A stretch of 63,840 bases of DNA, the filler included, from Octopus bimaculoides (Eukaryota), in the NCBI RefSeq assembly GCF_001194135.2. It is 5 parts of 5 records of this genome, joined end to end, with 100 filler letters (N's around TTAATTAATTAA, not from the genome) between each part and the next. Parts side by side here need not be neighbours in the genome. Positions count along the whole stretch, not along the records: positions 14,751 to 33,230 come from NC_068988.1; positions 33,331 to 50,668 come from NC_068997.1; 3 more parts are not named here. One strand, 5' to 3'. Made by a program: the position numbers and the translations under genes. The notes beneath the pieces are model-generated. The model had not been told where the DNA came from. It was given only the letters and a program-made list of their open reading frames with translations, and ran no database searches. Below are positions 25,873 to 37,591 of this stretch, in pieces (within the stretch, counting starts at the first letter, position 1; each line of letters opens with the position of its first letter).

Positions 25873-26754
25873 TATGGCAAGCACGTAAGTGGAAGAACCT
25901 TAATCATAAGTCTACTTGATGAGAACAACAACAACAACAACAACAACAATACAAGACAACAACAACAACGACAACAATCCACCAATGATCATGATATCAA
26001 CAATGAACTGAAATTCATAATTTTATAGTGATAATATATTGATGTTTTAAGCAGTTGATTGACAGAAACAAGAGGGCCGGAAACAAAATCATTTGAAATA
26101 AATTAATCTAGATCTCTAGGCCTTTGCGTTCAAAACCCTGTCGGTTGTCTACTTTTCTCGTCATCTTCCCACTGAAGATAAAAGTGGTACCGCTCGAGTA
26201 CTGGAAACAATATAATCACTTGTTAGTTCGCCAAAATAAATGAAACTGATAACCTGTGCATTGATAATTCTGGCTATCGTTAGGTCAAGTTATAAATTCT
26301 ATCCACAAGAGTGTGTGGATAGATAAATAGTAATAACGATAGTCTCTAATATTGGCACAATGCAATACATTTTGAGGAAATATATATTTGAATATGTCGA
26401 CTATGTTGTTTCTCTAATGCTTATCTTTCTCTAGAAAAGTGAAAAGTAAAATCAACATGTCCAGGCTTTGAACATGGAATTAGGGACATAGCTAAGTAGC
26501 GTAAGATATCTAATTCGTTATGCTATTAAATCGTCTTGAATTAATGAGAACTGAAATGAGACTAGGCAACAACAGCACAACATTTTAGATGTCTACCATG
26601 TGAACAAGGTCAATACTTCATCGGAGTAGAGTATTGGCTCGGTTGGATCATTAGAGCGTGACCCAAATTGATTTGCTATAAACTGGTTATAGTTCAAATG
26701 CTTAAATTATGATTCAAATGATAATAATAACGTCAACATCAATAATAGTAACAG

Positions 26755-26900
26755 TGGTTTCAAATTATGGCACAATGCCAGAAGTTTCGGGTGAAGGGAT
26801 AAGTTGAGTACATCGATCCCAGGGCTCAACTGGGATTAATTTTATAGAATCTGAATGAAGAAAGGCAAAGCTCAGAAAGTAAGTATTTCATGGACCCTAA
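26755..26900 (-). mobile_element. Family B SINE 3' part
   Basis: GGCACAATGCCAG...CATCGATCCCAGGGCTCAACTGG. Confidence 0.55.
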
Positions 26901-26979
26901 ATGAAGATAATGTGGATGATGATGACGATGATAATGATAATGATGGTGATTATCGTAATGATTTCTTTCATTTCGCAAG

Positions 26980-27055
26980 GTATCGTTGAACGATGCAGTC
27001 ATCTGTTCCAACCAGAATATGAAAAGTCAATAAAGGATTGGCCGAAAGGAAATGT
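26980..27055 (+). CDS. Candidate internal coding exon, unknown protein (GIVERCSHLFQPEYEKSIKDWPKGNV)
   Basis: Pyrimidine tract TTTCTTTCATTTCGCAAG|G, donor GT|GTGAGC, one open frame, phase 1 to 2. Confidence 0.4.
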
Positions 27056-27220
27056 GTGAGCACGGTATTCCATTACACCTCATCCACTACAGAATATTTT
27101 TCGACTATATCACCAGAATTAGGACCCCTGCTTGAAAGAATATCAGTGATAATGATTATAATGATCCTTTAATAGATGTTGCTAACATAGAATCGCAAAT
27201 AGAAAAGCATTTCAGTCTAA

Positions 27221-27587
27221 AAAGAAGAGTACTAGAGGGCGCAAACCTCCATCAAGGCAATACAAACGTCCTCTCAATGATTAGCCGGAAATTATTTTTA
27301 AAATGAGAATATCTGAAATAAACTCGGCTGCTCTCAAAAACAAGAATACTAAAAATGAACCCGACCGCTCTCAGAAATTAAGTGAAAAGCAGGAATAATA
27401 ATCCAGAATCCTTTTCCGGAACCGAATCGATCTCAAAATCTAACTAGTTCGTGCTAGTCACAAGGCCAAACATCCCTGAAAGTTTCATCCCAATCCATCG
27501 AGCGGTTCGTGAGATATCTTGTTCACGGACGAACAAACAAACGCGACGGAAAACAATACCTCCGCCTTTGCTAAGGCGGAGGTAATA
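27221..27587 (+). mobile_element. Helentron/Helitron2-type non-autonomous element (HINE-like)
   Basis: Terminal perfect hairpin TACCTCCGCCTT-TGCT-AAGGCGGAGGTA (27557-27584); subterminal ACCTCCATCAAGGC (27245-27258) echoes the stem; layout matches Helentron-associated elements; orientation and left boundary approximate. Confidence 0.6.
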
Positions 27588-28780
27588 GCTGAAGTTGCAA
27601 GTGTTAGTAGGATATACTGGAGAATGTAGTGTGTGTATACGTATGGCATCTACATGTGTGTGTGTGTGTCTATCTGTCTGTCTGCCTGTCTGTGTGTGTA
27701 TAATTACTTTTATATATGTATGTATATATGGATATATAAATATATATGTGTGTGTATATATGTATATATNNNNNNNNNNNNNNNNNNNNNNNNNNNNNNN
27801 NNNNNNNNNNNNNNNNNNNNNNNNNNNNNNNNNNNNNNNNNNNNNNNNNNNNNNNNNNNNNNNNNNNNNNNNNNNNNNNNNNNNNNNNNNNNNNNNNNNN
27901 NNNNNNNNNNNNNNNNNNNNNNNNNNNNNNNNNNNNNNNNNNNNNNNNNNNNNNNNNNNNNNNNNNNNNNNNNNNNNNNNNNNNNNNNNNNNNNNNNNNN
28001 NNNNNNNNNNNNNNNNNNNNNNNNNNNNNNNNNNNNNNNNNNNNNNNNNNNNNNNNNNNNNNNNNNNNNNNNNNNNNNNNNNNNNNNNNNNNNNNNNNNN
28101 NNNNNNNNNNNNNNNNNNNNNNNNNNNNNNNNNNNNNNNNNATAATTATTATTATTAATAATAATAATAGAAAGGACAACAAAAGAAATAAAGAGACTTC
28201 GATATTATGTAGATAGAGGAATTTATCTGTAGAAATATGTGGCATTTATTCGGTAGCCATGATAAAACCCCGCTTAACGGTCATTTTTCACACGAATTTT
28301 CTATGGCGGGATAACTGAAGAGACGTTGGCATGGGTTCCCACCCCGTCATCCGAAACTCGGAGTTTTATCCTGCCTACCGAATAAGTGTCACATATTTTT
28401 ACAGATAAATTCCTCCATCTATCTAACTATCTATTTATCTATCTATATTTATATATCCTTATATACGTTAGACGCGTACACATACGCACACAAGTACATA
28501 TATATGTATTTTGCATATATAAACGTTTACAACTGTATATGCATTTATCTATTTATCTGTCTACATACATACAAACGTGCATACATACATACACGCATGC
28601 AAGAATATCAAATGCAAACACTTCTGCACTGGGTTTGTTATTCACCTGATATTATTTGGGTGTGTAAATTAGATCGACTAACACGGTACCCCAAATTAAT
28701 TATATATACAATATACATCGATATATATTAGGATCGTTTGTACTTTTAGTAAAGTATTAACGCAGTACATGCCGTTGCAG

Positions 28781-28900
28781 GATTAAGCCATCGTCAACTA
28801 AAACGGCAATCCTATATATCTTGCTTCGTAAGGGTTGTGGTATAAGTTGGAAAAACTGCAAGGCGGAAGAGAAAGTAGAGACAAAGGCCATTCAAGAGTT
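28781..28900 (+). CDS. Candidate internal coding exon, unknown protein (IKPSSTKTAILYILLRKGCGISWKNCKAEEKVETKAIQE)
   Basis: TTGCAG|G acceptor, TT|GTGAGT donor, exactly 120 nt, open and in phase with the 26980 exon. Confidence 0.45.
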
Positions 28901-29424
28901 GTGAGTGACAAAGTTCTCCGATATAACGTCTGTGACTTCGTTTTTGTCCATTGATGTAGAGTGATCCCTCTTTTGTCTGAGGTAAACACAATGATGAGAG
29001 AGTGAAATTGTCTCTACTAATGTTCTTTGAATTTAAAAAGTGTGCGACAAAGGTGTTGCCTAATTTTTAACATCCTTATCATGTGTTCAATAGCATGGCT
29101 GATGGTAGACGGAGGAGACAACGTATTTAATGAACATTTCTACAGTGGAATAAAGGCCTGTGACATCATGGTTGAGAAGTCTCTGAACAACTGCTGTCTG
29201 AGGTGTGCATCGTTGCAGCATGTGTGACAGCTGTGTACATACACATATGTATGTATGATGTATGTATATATGTATTTATGTATTTATGTAATATGTATGT
29301 ATGTATTTATGTAATATATGTAAACACACACACACACAGAGAAACGCACACATATATATGTCCATATGAGTGTGTGTATGTATGCGTGTGTGTGTGTGTG
29401 TGTTAGAGAGAGAGAGAGAGAGAG

Positions 29425-29460
<36 letters not shown>

Positions 29461-29506
29461 CAATGTTAATTCTCTATATGAAGTATTAACAGTAACTGCA
29501 CGATAA

Positions 29507-29582
29507 AGTGTAGTATATTGCCACTTAAGTGTAACATCCACCCCTAGGGGTCAGCCACACTTAAGTGGCAATATACTACACT
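29507..29582. repeat. Perfect 26-bp inverted repeat with 24-nt spacer
   Basis: AGTGTAGTATATTGCCACTTAAGTGT (29507-29532) and its exact reverse complement at 29557-29582; spacer contains CCCCTAGGGG. Confidence 0.95.
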
Positions 29583-29928
29583 ATANNNNNNNNNNNNNNN
29601 NNNNNNNNNNNNNNNNNNNNNNNNNNNNNNNNNNNNNNNNNNNNNNNNNNNNNNNNNNNNNNNNNNNNNNNNNNNNNNNNNNNNNNNNNNNNNNNNNNNN
29701 NNNNNNNNNNNNNNNNNNNNNNNNNNNNNNNNNNNNNNNNNNNNNNNNNNNNNNNNNNNNNNNNNNNNNNNNNNNNNNNNNNNNNNNNNNNNNNNNNNNN
29801 NNNNNNNNNNNNNNNNNNNNNNNNNNNNNNNNNNNNNNNNNNNNNNNNNNNNNNNNNNNNNNNNNNNNNNNNNNNNNNNNNNNNNNNNNNNNNNNNNNNN
29901 NNNNNNNNNNNNNNNNNNNNNNNNNNNN

Positions 29929-29973
29929 ACATCTTGTGTCTATTAAGACCAGGTCTTAATAGACACAAGATGT
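29929..29973. repeat. Perfect 22+1+22 palindrome at a contig start
   Basis: ACATCTTGTGTCTATTAAGACC-A-GGTCTTAATAGACACAAGATGT. Confidence 0.95.
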
Positions 29974-30052
29974 GATCTATTTCTAGCGCATTAATTGTCC
30001 ACGTTAGTGGTCGACGTTATTTTTTAAAATATATATATATATATATATATAT

Positions 30053-30083
<31 letters not shown>

Positions 30084-31429
30084 CAAAGAGAGAGAGAGAG
30101 AGAGGCAGAGTGAGAGTGACAAGGAGTTAGGGTGACTTAGGCTGTGGATTATGAATGATATGAGATTGTGAAAAACATATACCGGAAGGTCCCAAAAACA
30201 TTTCCTTATGGTGTCATTTTCATGCAATAGATGTTTGTTAAAAATGATGCGAATAAATGGAATTTTCAAGTACTCGTAAACGATTACTGTTTCATTTATT
30301 CATGTAATTACACACTAATAACTCGACTGCACATTGATACAAACATATAAAATCACGAATGCATACATTCATATATTTTATCTGAAAAATGTCATGTAAA
30401 TATAACGTTCATATTTGATTCCTGAATACACAGACACAAAGACAAACACACATTTATAGACACACATACGAATACACGCATATATAGATACACATACTGA
30501 TATAGATATATACATATATTTTGAAAGAAATGTTTCCGTAATGCCTATCACTGCCTTTGTCTATCTTTCCCTCTGCCTGTGTGTATGTTAGTGTGTGTGT
30601 GTATGTGAATGTGTGTATTCGGTTCTGTCTCTCTCTGTGTCTCTCACATAAATATAATACATACGTGCATACACAGACACATATTTATAAATATATATAT
30701 GAGAAAGAGGAGAGAGGAGAGAAGGAGAAAGAGAGAGTGGGCGAGAAGGAAAGAAAGAGAGTTGCACAAAAATATATAAATCGTTACCATTCCTGTGGTT
30801 GAATTGTTGCAGTCTCTATATGTAGACCGGAACCACAATATATGTATGCGAGGCTGGTATACAACCCCATTATGCATTAATGTAATTAATTAATACGGCA
30901 AACATTCTACCGTAACCCTTCAAATGATGAATGCTACAGTTTATCTTAATTTCCCTTCTGTTGCTTTGAATTGATTTATGTCTAAATTGTCCATGCTTCT
31001 GAATTTGATTAAGTAGAAAGATGCATGTTGTTGAAATGAAGGCAAAAGATTTGTGATTTAACAACAGTGGACGAAAACAAACGCTGAATTCCTATATTTG
31101 TTTGTGCTTCGCTGTATTAATTTTATGTATGCGTATATTTATATATTTTTTTCTTGTTGCTTTTATGTTTTGACTCTACTATTGTAGAATGCGAAATCAG
31201 AGATATTTTACCACTTATGTTGTTCATTTTCTTTTTCCTGCAAAATATTCATCGATAATTTGAACTAATTACGACAATATCAACTACGCATTTATGGTGG
31301 TATGCCTATGGGTCGTTCTTTAGCAAATTGTTTCACACACTCCAGACGACAGCATAGAAATCGTCATGCAAAGCCAAACGTCATGCATATAAAATTGAAG
31401 CTAAACGTATAAATTTGTATAATTATTAT

Positions 31430-31590
31430 TGCTTAGAAAAATGCTTTGTGATACTTCTTCCGGCGTGTACATTGTGTTGAATTCTCGCCAAGGTCTTATC
31501 TGCCTTTCATGTATCTGGGGCCGATTAACTAGCGTATTAGGGTCACTTTTATCGGCTAATTCTTCGTCTTCAAAATTAGTGGATTTCAGG
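31430..31590 (+). mobile_element. Old family B SINE
   Basis: Degraded AAATGCTT..G....CGCCAAGGTC...TGCCTTTCAT. Confidence 0.45.
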
Positions 31591-31639
31591 AAAAGGGATC
31601 ATGATCATGATGATGATAATGATAATAATGATAATAACA

Positions 31640-31926
31640 AAGCACCAGAACCTAGTTATCGGATTACAGAGCCTATAGAAAGTGCGGGTAAAATGTATCC
31701 TAGTACATATACGTGCATTAGGAACAGATGGATAGAGGAAATAGGCATAAAGCCCAGTTTAGCACAGCATCATAAAACAGTGTTATTAGGGACAGCTAGG
31801 ATACTTAGGAGGGTGCTTGGCATCTAAGGCTACTTCTTGTAGCCTGATGTTAGGACTCTTTTCATTTTCAACAGTCAAATCGTTTGAGTGTATATGAATA
31901 ATAATAATAATGATAATAATAATAAT
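31640..31926 (+). mobile_element. 5'-truncated R4/Dong-clade non-LTR retrotransposon 3' end
   Basis: KHQNLVIGLQSL*KVRVKCILVHIRALGT...KTVLLGTARILRRVLGI* (stop at 31825-31827), short 3' UTR, (TAA)n tail; preceded by AAT/GAT repeats. Confidence 0.8.
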
Positions 31927-31927
31927 A

Positions 31928-32138
31928 GGCCAATAGTCCAGATACAGTTGTCAGAGATCATGAAGAAGAAAAAGGCTTTCAAATTGATGTATCAATACCA
32001 GCAGACGACAACGTTTCCCTAAAAGAAATGGAGAAACTTTCAAAATACAGAGACCTGGAAATAGAGGTAACTCGAAAGTGGAATCTAAAAACAGAAAAAA
32101 ATCCTATCATAGTAGGTGTCTTAGGTACAATAAAAAAT
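31928..32138 (+). mobile_element. R4/Dong-clade restriction-like endonuclease fragment
   Basis: ANSPDTVVRDHEEEKGFQIDVSIPADDNVSLKEMEKLSKYRDLEIEVTRKWNLKTEKNPIIVGVLGT; PD..D..K/KY signature of REL endonucleases. Confidence 0.85.
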
Positions 32139-32196
32139 ATCATCATCATCATCATTTGTAATAGAACTACCATCAGCTGTGGTAGATGAGCGCGTA

Positions 32197-32620
32197 TAAT
32201 ACCATAATTTCAAACATACAAGGCGTTCCCCAATTTTGAGAGGCCTAATTTGAAAAAAAGGCAAAATAAAACTGCATCTGAGCTTGAATACTCTAGTGAA
32301 ATGTTTCACACATTTTCATGGGTAAAAACCAAGAAACACTAACGATACTGTTTCCTATCCTCTCGTGTACAAATTTAACTACACACCTTCTGAAAGTTGA
32401 AATTTGCTTATGATGTACTGGATAAATATATTTATAATTCATGACTAAATCTACACTTGTATAGCTTTATTGTTTATTTATAAGGCTCAATTGCTAATCT
32501 TTCTAAGAAAAGAGATTGGTAGGACTACAGCAGCACCAAAGTTGACACTTGTCAGTTGCACACGCCAACCCAAAATCTGACCTTCAGATTATAAGGCGCA
32601 GGGTGATAATTTTGGGGGAA
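32197..32620. mobile_element. Possible pogo/Tigger-like MITE remnants
   Basis: TACCATAATTTCAAACATACAAGGCG and ATTATAAGGCGCAGGG motifs resemble pogo-type TIR-proximal sequence; ends not resolved. Confidence 0.3.
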
Positions 32621-33230
32621 AAGTACAATATGAGTGTTCACACATACATGTTTATACATATGAATACACAAACATAAAAATATACAATCGTACATTTAAC
32701 ATACACAAAGACAAAAGCGAGAGGTAGAAAGAAGCGAGACAGATTTGGGTTAGGGATACTTAAGCAAGTAGTTCAGCTGAGAATATTTGGTGCACGTAAA
32801 CTGGAGGCTGTGAAGTGGTTCTGCATTCTAGCTCAGGGTATATTTAAGAAAAGTTTTATTCATTTAATTGCTTATCTGCAACTGGTAGAAGATAATCGAA
32901 TTATATATATATTATCTTTATCTTATGATATTTACTTTGTATTATATTATACTTATTTACTGTGCTTTTACTTATTAATTTTTCTATATGTGACAGTGGG
33001 TTTTCATCGATCAGTTCATGAACCTTGGTTCTTTTCCCTAAAACTATATATTTATATATAGTTTATTTAATAAATTGATTTGAATTGAGATTTTACCTGT
33101 AATTTTGGATTTTATCCCTAATATTATATATATATATATATAATATATTAAATCTTGCGTTGGATATACGGTATTGTTCCTGTGGTCTTCCACCCTTATA
33201 TATCCATTCTTACTATAATGTATATATATA

Positions 33231-33330
33231 NNNNNNNNNNNNNNNNNNNNNNNNNNNNNNNNNNNNNNNNNNNNTTAATTAATTAANNNNNNNNNNNNNN
33301 NNNNNNNNNNNNNNNNNNNNNNNNNNNNNN
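33231..33330. other. Artificial 100-bp scaffold-join linker
   Basis: 44 N + TTAATTAATTAA (33275-33286) + 44 N. Confidence 0.95.
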
Positions 33331-33438
33331 AATATATATATACAAAAAACATACGCTTACGCACTCGAAGTGTTGAAAAATAGAGTGAGCATGAGATAAG
33401 AGCAGGAAAGTGGCAAAAGAATGAATGCATGCTCATTA

Positions 33439-33465
33439 TCTAAAATATATAAGACGGAAGACGTG

Positions 33466-33514
<49 letters not shown>

Positions 33515-34124
33515 CAGGCCATTTAATTGAACCCCATTAAAATCAATATTTTTCATCCGATTTCGTTCAAACTTGGCATATACATCATTTATGTTCTAGA
33601 GATGGTGCTACACTTTAGATTTTTCACTTATGGCGAGTGATGGGGCTTCTGGGTTAAGAGAAAGTTCCATTCCTGGGATCCGTGTCTATTCTGGACAAGG
33701 GAGGTAACTCTTTGCGAAATAACACTCAGAAATTAATTGTCTCCTTTACATTTTTATCCCTTAAACATCTTTTCATAGTACGTAAATAAACAATATGGAT
33801 AATCGTTGCTTTAAGTGAACATAATGAGTAACGTTACCCCTACCGGACAAGACAAAAGCATCTTTTCATAGTAGGTAGAGCGTTCACATTCCCACTACCC
33901 CTGCCATTTACAACGTGGGTTTCTTCTCTTGAAAGACAAGTAGCGATCAACGATTGGACGCTTACTCTCTCAACACTCCAGACAGAAATGAAGACGCCTG
34001 TCCTAATCACCTCATCCACAGAGAAACATCCTGCAACATCCACAAATGCAAACAGTACATTGCTGACAACAAAGCTCTTCTGAATCCCGATCAAGCTGAC
34101 GTATGCAATTTCGTCCTCAGAAAC

Positions 34125-34168
<44 letters not shown>

Positions 34169-36009
34169 GCGGAATCATCTTCTCAGACGCACCCGGTGGA
34201 ACTGGAAAAACATTCCTCCTGAATCTTCTTCTTGCGAAGTTGCAGCATAATGGTGACCTTACTATTGCTTTTGTCTCATCAGGAATACTCTCGATTCTTT
34301 TCGACGGCGGACGAACTGCACACTCTACCTTCAAATTTCCTTTTAATGTAACACATCAAGAAAACCCAACGTGCCACATAATGCATTCCTCGGACGATGC
34401 GATAATTTTGAAAAAGTGCAAGCTCATTGTTTGGAATGAAGCAACTATGCTCCATAAATATTCCCTACAAGCACCTTACACCACAATGAGAGACCTTAGA
34501 TCGAACAACATCCTTGGAGGTGCGACACACCCTGCCTATTAAATCCAAAAGAACACCGCTCATAAACTTAATGCCTGCCTTTAAAAGTCCCTCCGTTGGT
34601 TGCATGTCCAATTGAAACAACTCACCATCAACATGAGATCACGCCTACCGATTGGTCAGCCTACAACCCAGTTTTCGGAAATGCTCCTTAAAATGAGCAA
34701 TGGACAAATTACGTCCGACAACAATGGATACATTGACACTACCACCACTGGCCACATTGTCTCCAGCCCTGATGACATGTTCTGCCGTTTACCCAAATCT
34801 AACAACGGAATTCATAGAACCAAATTGGCTTTTCAACAGGGCCGTTCCTGTCCCTACAAATGCAGCTGTCAAAACTCTTAACTACGACTTATTGAGTCAG
34901 GTACCTTCTGAAGAATGTTGTTACAGACCAGTTGACACCGTTACTGACCTCGATCAGGTTACACACTTTCCAACATAATTTTTCAACTCCCAAGATCATC
35001 CAGGACTCCCTCCCTATGAATTCACTTAAAATCCGTTGCCCGATGACCTCCTACGCAATCTAAATGCCCCTACACTAGGCAACGGAACTTGCCTTGTAGT
35101 AAAACAAATGATGAACCACGTCATTGAATCCCAAATTATCACGAGACAAGGCCAAAACGATATCGTTTTCATTCCGAAAATTCCAGTAACCCCAACAGAC
35201 TGCCCCTACCATATGCAGAGACTTTCAGTTCCCTCTGAAACTCAACTTCGCCATGGTAATTAACAAAGTACAAGGTCAGTTACTGAAAGTTGTCGGATTG
35301 GACCTTCGAACATCGTGCTTTTCACATGGACAGTTCTACGTCGGTTGTTCCAGAGTTGGCCATCCAGACAACTTATTCATCTATACTCCTGAAGGAAAAA
35401 CCAAAAATGTCGTTTACAAAACAGCCCTACAGTAGTTATTCCTCTATTGCTATCTTCACATCTACGCCAAACTGTAGCCGAGAGCAATCAGACTTCCTTC
35501 AAGCATTTCATTGATATTTTGCTTCATTTCCCTGATTGCTGTTAACAGTACATTATCTTCAATGACCTTTCTTACTTCACGCACGCTGTTTGCTCATAAG
35601 TATGCTCTGCCATTTATTTTTGTACATGCCATTATTCTATATGTGTGTTTGCTATAGTTGTTTACTTTTCGTTATCATACATGACTTTCATTGAAAAAAA
35701 GCTTCAATGCGGTTGTGTCAGGCATTGCGAGAAAATTAACTACATGATACAAAACGCTTCAAGTAAGACATAGGATCTCTAATGCCTACTGAAATTGCAA
35801 TCTCATTTCATGGACTTCCATTTATTACTAACTGCCAAATTTGTATGCTTAATACCATATCATAAACTGCTAACGAAAATGGTAAGTATACATTTTGCGT
35901 TTATCAACTTGAAACGACTTCTAATTGCGGGCTAATTCAAAGTAAACCGTGCACAGAAGTGCACCATTATAATAAAGTTCACCGTCCAAAGGACGGGTGC
36001 ATTAGCTAG
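33439..36009 (+). mobile_element. Internally deleted Helitron with both termini
   Basis: 5' A^TC (TCTAAAATATATAAG) followed by (GT)n; PIF1-type helicase remnant inside; 3' hairpin CCGTCC-AAA-GGACGG (35982-35996) then CTAG (36006-36009) followed by T; no TSD, A^T insertion site as expected for Helitrons. Confidence 0.85.
33950..35435 (+). pseudogene. Helitron RepHel helicase (PIF1-like) C-terminal pseudogene
   Basis: Frameshifted segments read DAPGGTGKTFLLNLLL (Walker A), DGGRTAHSTFKFP, CKLIVWNEATM (degenerate DE box), LRNLNAPTLGNGT, INKVQGQLL..GLDLRTSCFSHGQFYVGCSRV, ending KNVVYKTALQ*; (CA)n expansion at about 34127-34166. Confidence 0.92.
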
Positions 36010-36169
36010 TATACATATAATTATTTAGATTGCTTTTTTCTTCAGTTAATGGAACATGGATTTTCCTTTACGAAAACTAACAGTAAAATCATTGATGACC
36101 ATTGGACGAGTTTGATATGGAGACCAAATGATTTTAACTAATGCGATTATGCGTCAAATTTTTGTCTAT

Positions 36170-36345
36170 GTCAAAATGCTTAGCGGTATTTCGTCCGTCT
36201 TTTTCTGCTGAGGTCAAATGCCACCGAGGCTAACTTTGCTTTTCATTCTTTCGGGGTCGACAGAATAAATACCAGTTGAATACTGGAGTCGATGTAATCA
36301 AGCTTGACACTCCCCCAAAATTGCTGGCCTTGTGGCAAAATTTGA
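36170..36345 (+). mobile_element. Family B SINE, 5'-truncated
   Basis: AAATGCTTAGCGGTATTTCG...TTCGGGGTCGA. Confidence 0.75.
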
Positions 36346-37325
36346 AACTGAGTGTTTACCCATGTAAAATGAGTAACTACAATAATTATTCTTGCTAAAA
36401 GTTTGTAAATTATGTAATTACGATATCCGGGGAGTGACACTACTGAGCGAACCGTAAGCGGATAGTTCGAATCTTTCCCGATTCATGTCGCCACAAAGAA
36501 AGGCATTAATAGTTATAGAATAGCGGAATGTTCAGTTCATTGTAGCTATTAGTTACATTGTATAAAGTATATAAAAGTGAGGTCAGTCTGAGATCAGTTA
36601 GACGATGGTTATTCAGTTTAGTAAATCTTTAATTAATGTTTTCGTTTTTTTCCCTTCCTTTCAACAGATGACCGTTGCGTTAGCAGTCATAGGTCGACTT
36701 CTTTATTACACATTCTATCCTATTCTCTGCCGACCCGTTGATATTAGTTTGCCATTTGTCTAGAATGTCTCCTTCTTTGATAAATTATTTAATTTCAACC
36801 GACACAATTGTGTTTGGCACGAACTTAAACAGTATGGAAAAAAAGACACGCTGTGATCATAATCATAAACATCACCACCACAACAACAATGCACGAAGAC
36901 TATGAATTCAAACAAAACCAAAATCTACGTTAGGTTTCCTTTTATGCTTTCCCCTCGAAGTCCTCACATCTTTTAAAAACACATTTAATAAGAAAAAAGG
37001 TAAAACGTGTATACAAAGAAATATATAAAGTATATATTTACCGGTGGCTGTATGTGTGTTGAGTATTAGCAATTCAGTCAACTGCTCTAGAGACGATCAA
37101 AGTACTAAGACTCTCAGATTAGCTGACACTATATATCTATTAGAGTTTTTCTATCATATAAGCCGTGTGTGAGCTTATGTAAAGAAATGTTTTTATGCGA
37201 ACAGACATACTTGGACATTACATTAACATACATAAACAGACATGCGCATACATAAAAGCTACGTATATTCATGTATGAGTGCGTGTGTGTATATATATAT
37301 GCGTGTGTGTATCTTGTATGTGTAC

Positions 37326-37374
<49 letters not shown>

Positions 37375-37591
37375 TGTGTATGTATGTCTGTGTGTCTGTG
37401 TAGGACATCAAACCAGACGTTTACAATCCTTATTTTCACAATACATACAAGTTATTCATTAGTTTGATATAGTATGCGACGAATTGGATTTCTGTGTTAT
37501 CTGGTCTACAGTTCAATATGTCCCAGTACAACATGACAGAACCATAGGGCCCGATCATCAGATATATGAATGGTGTAATATTCTATTTTTC

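Noticed and set aside
29929-29973. Transposase-adapter (mate-pair junction) contamination
   Set aside because: The sequence does not match the CTGTCTCTTATACACATCT mosaic end; a generic fold-back artefact remains possible.
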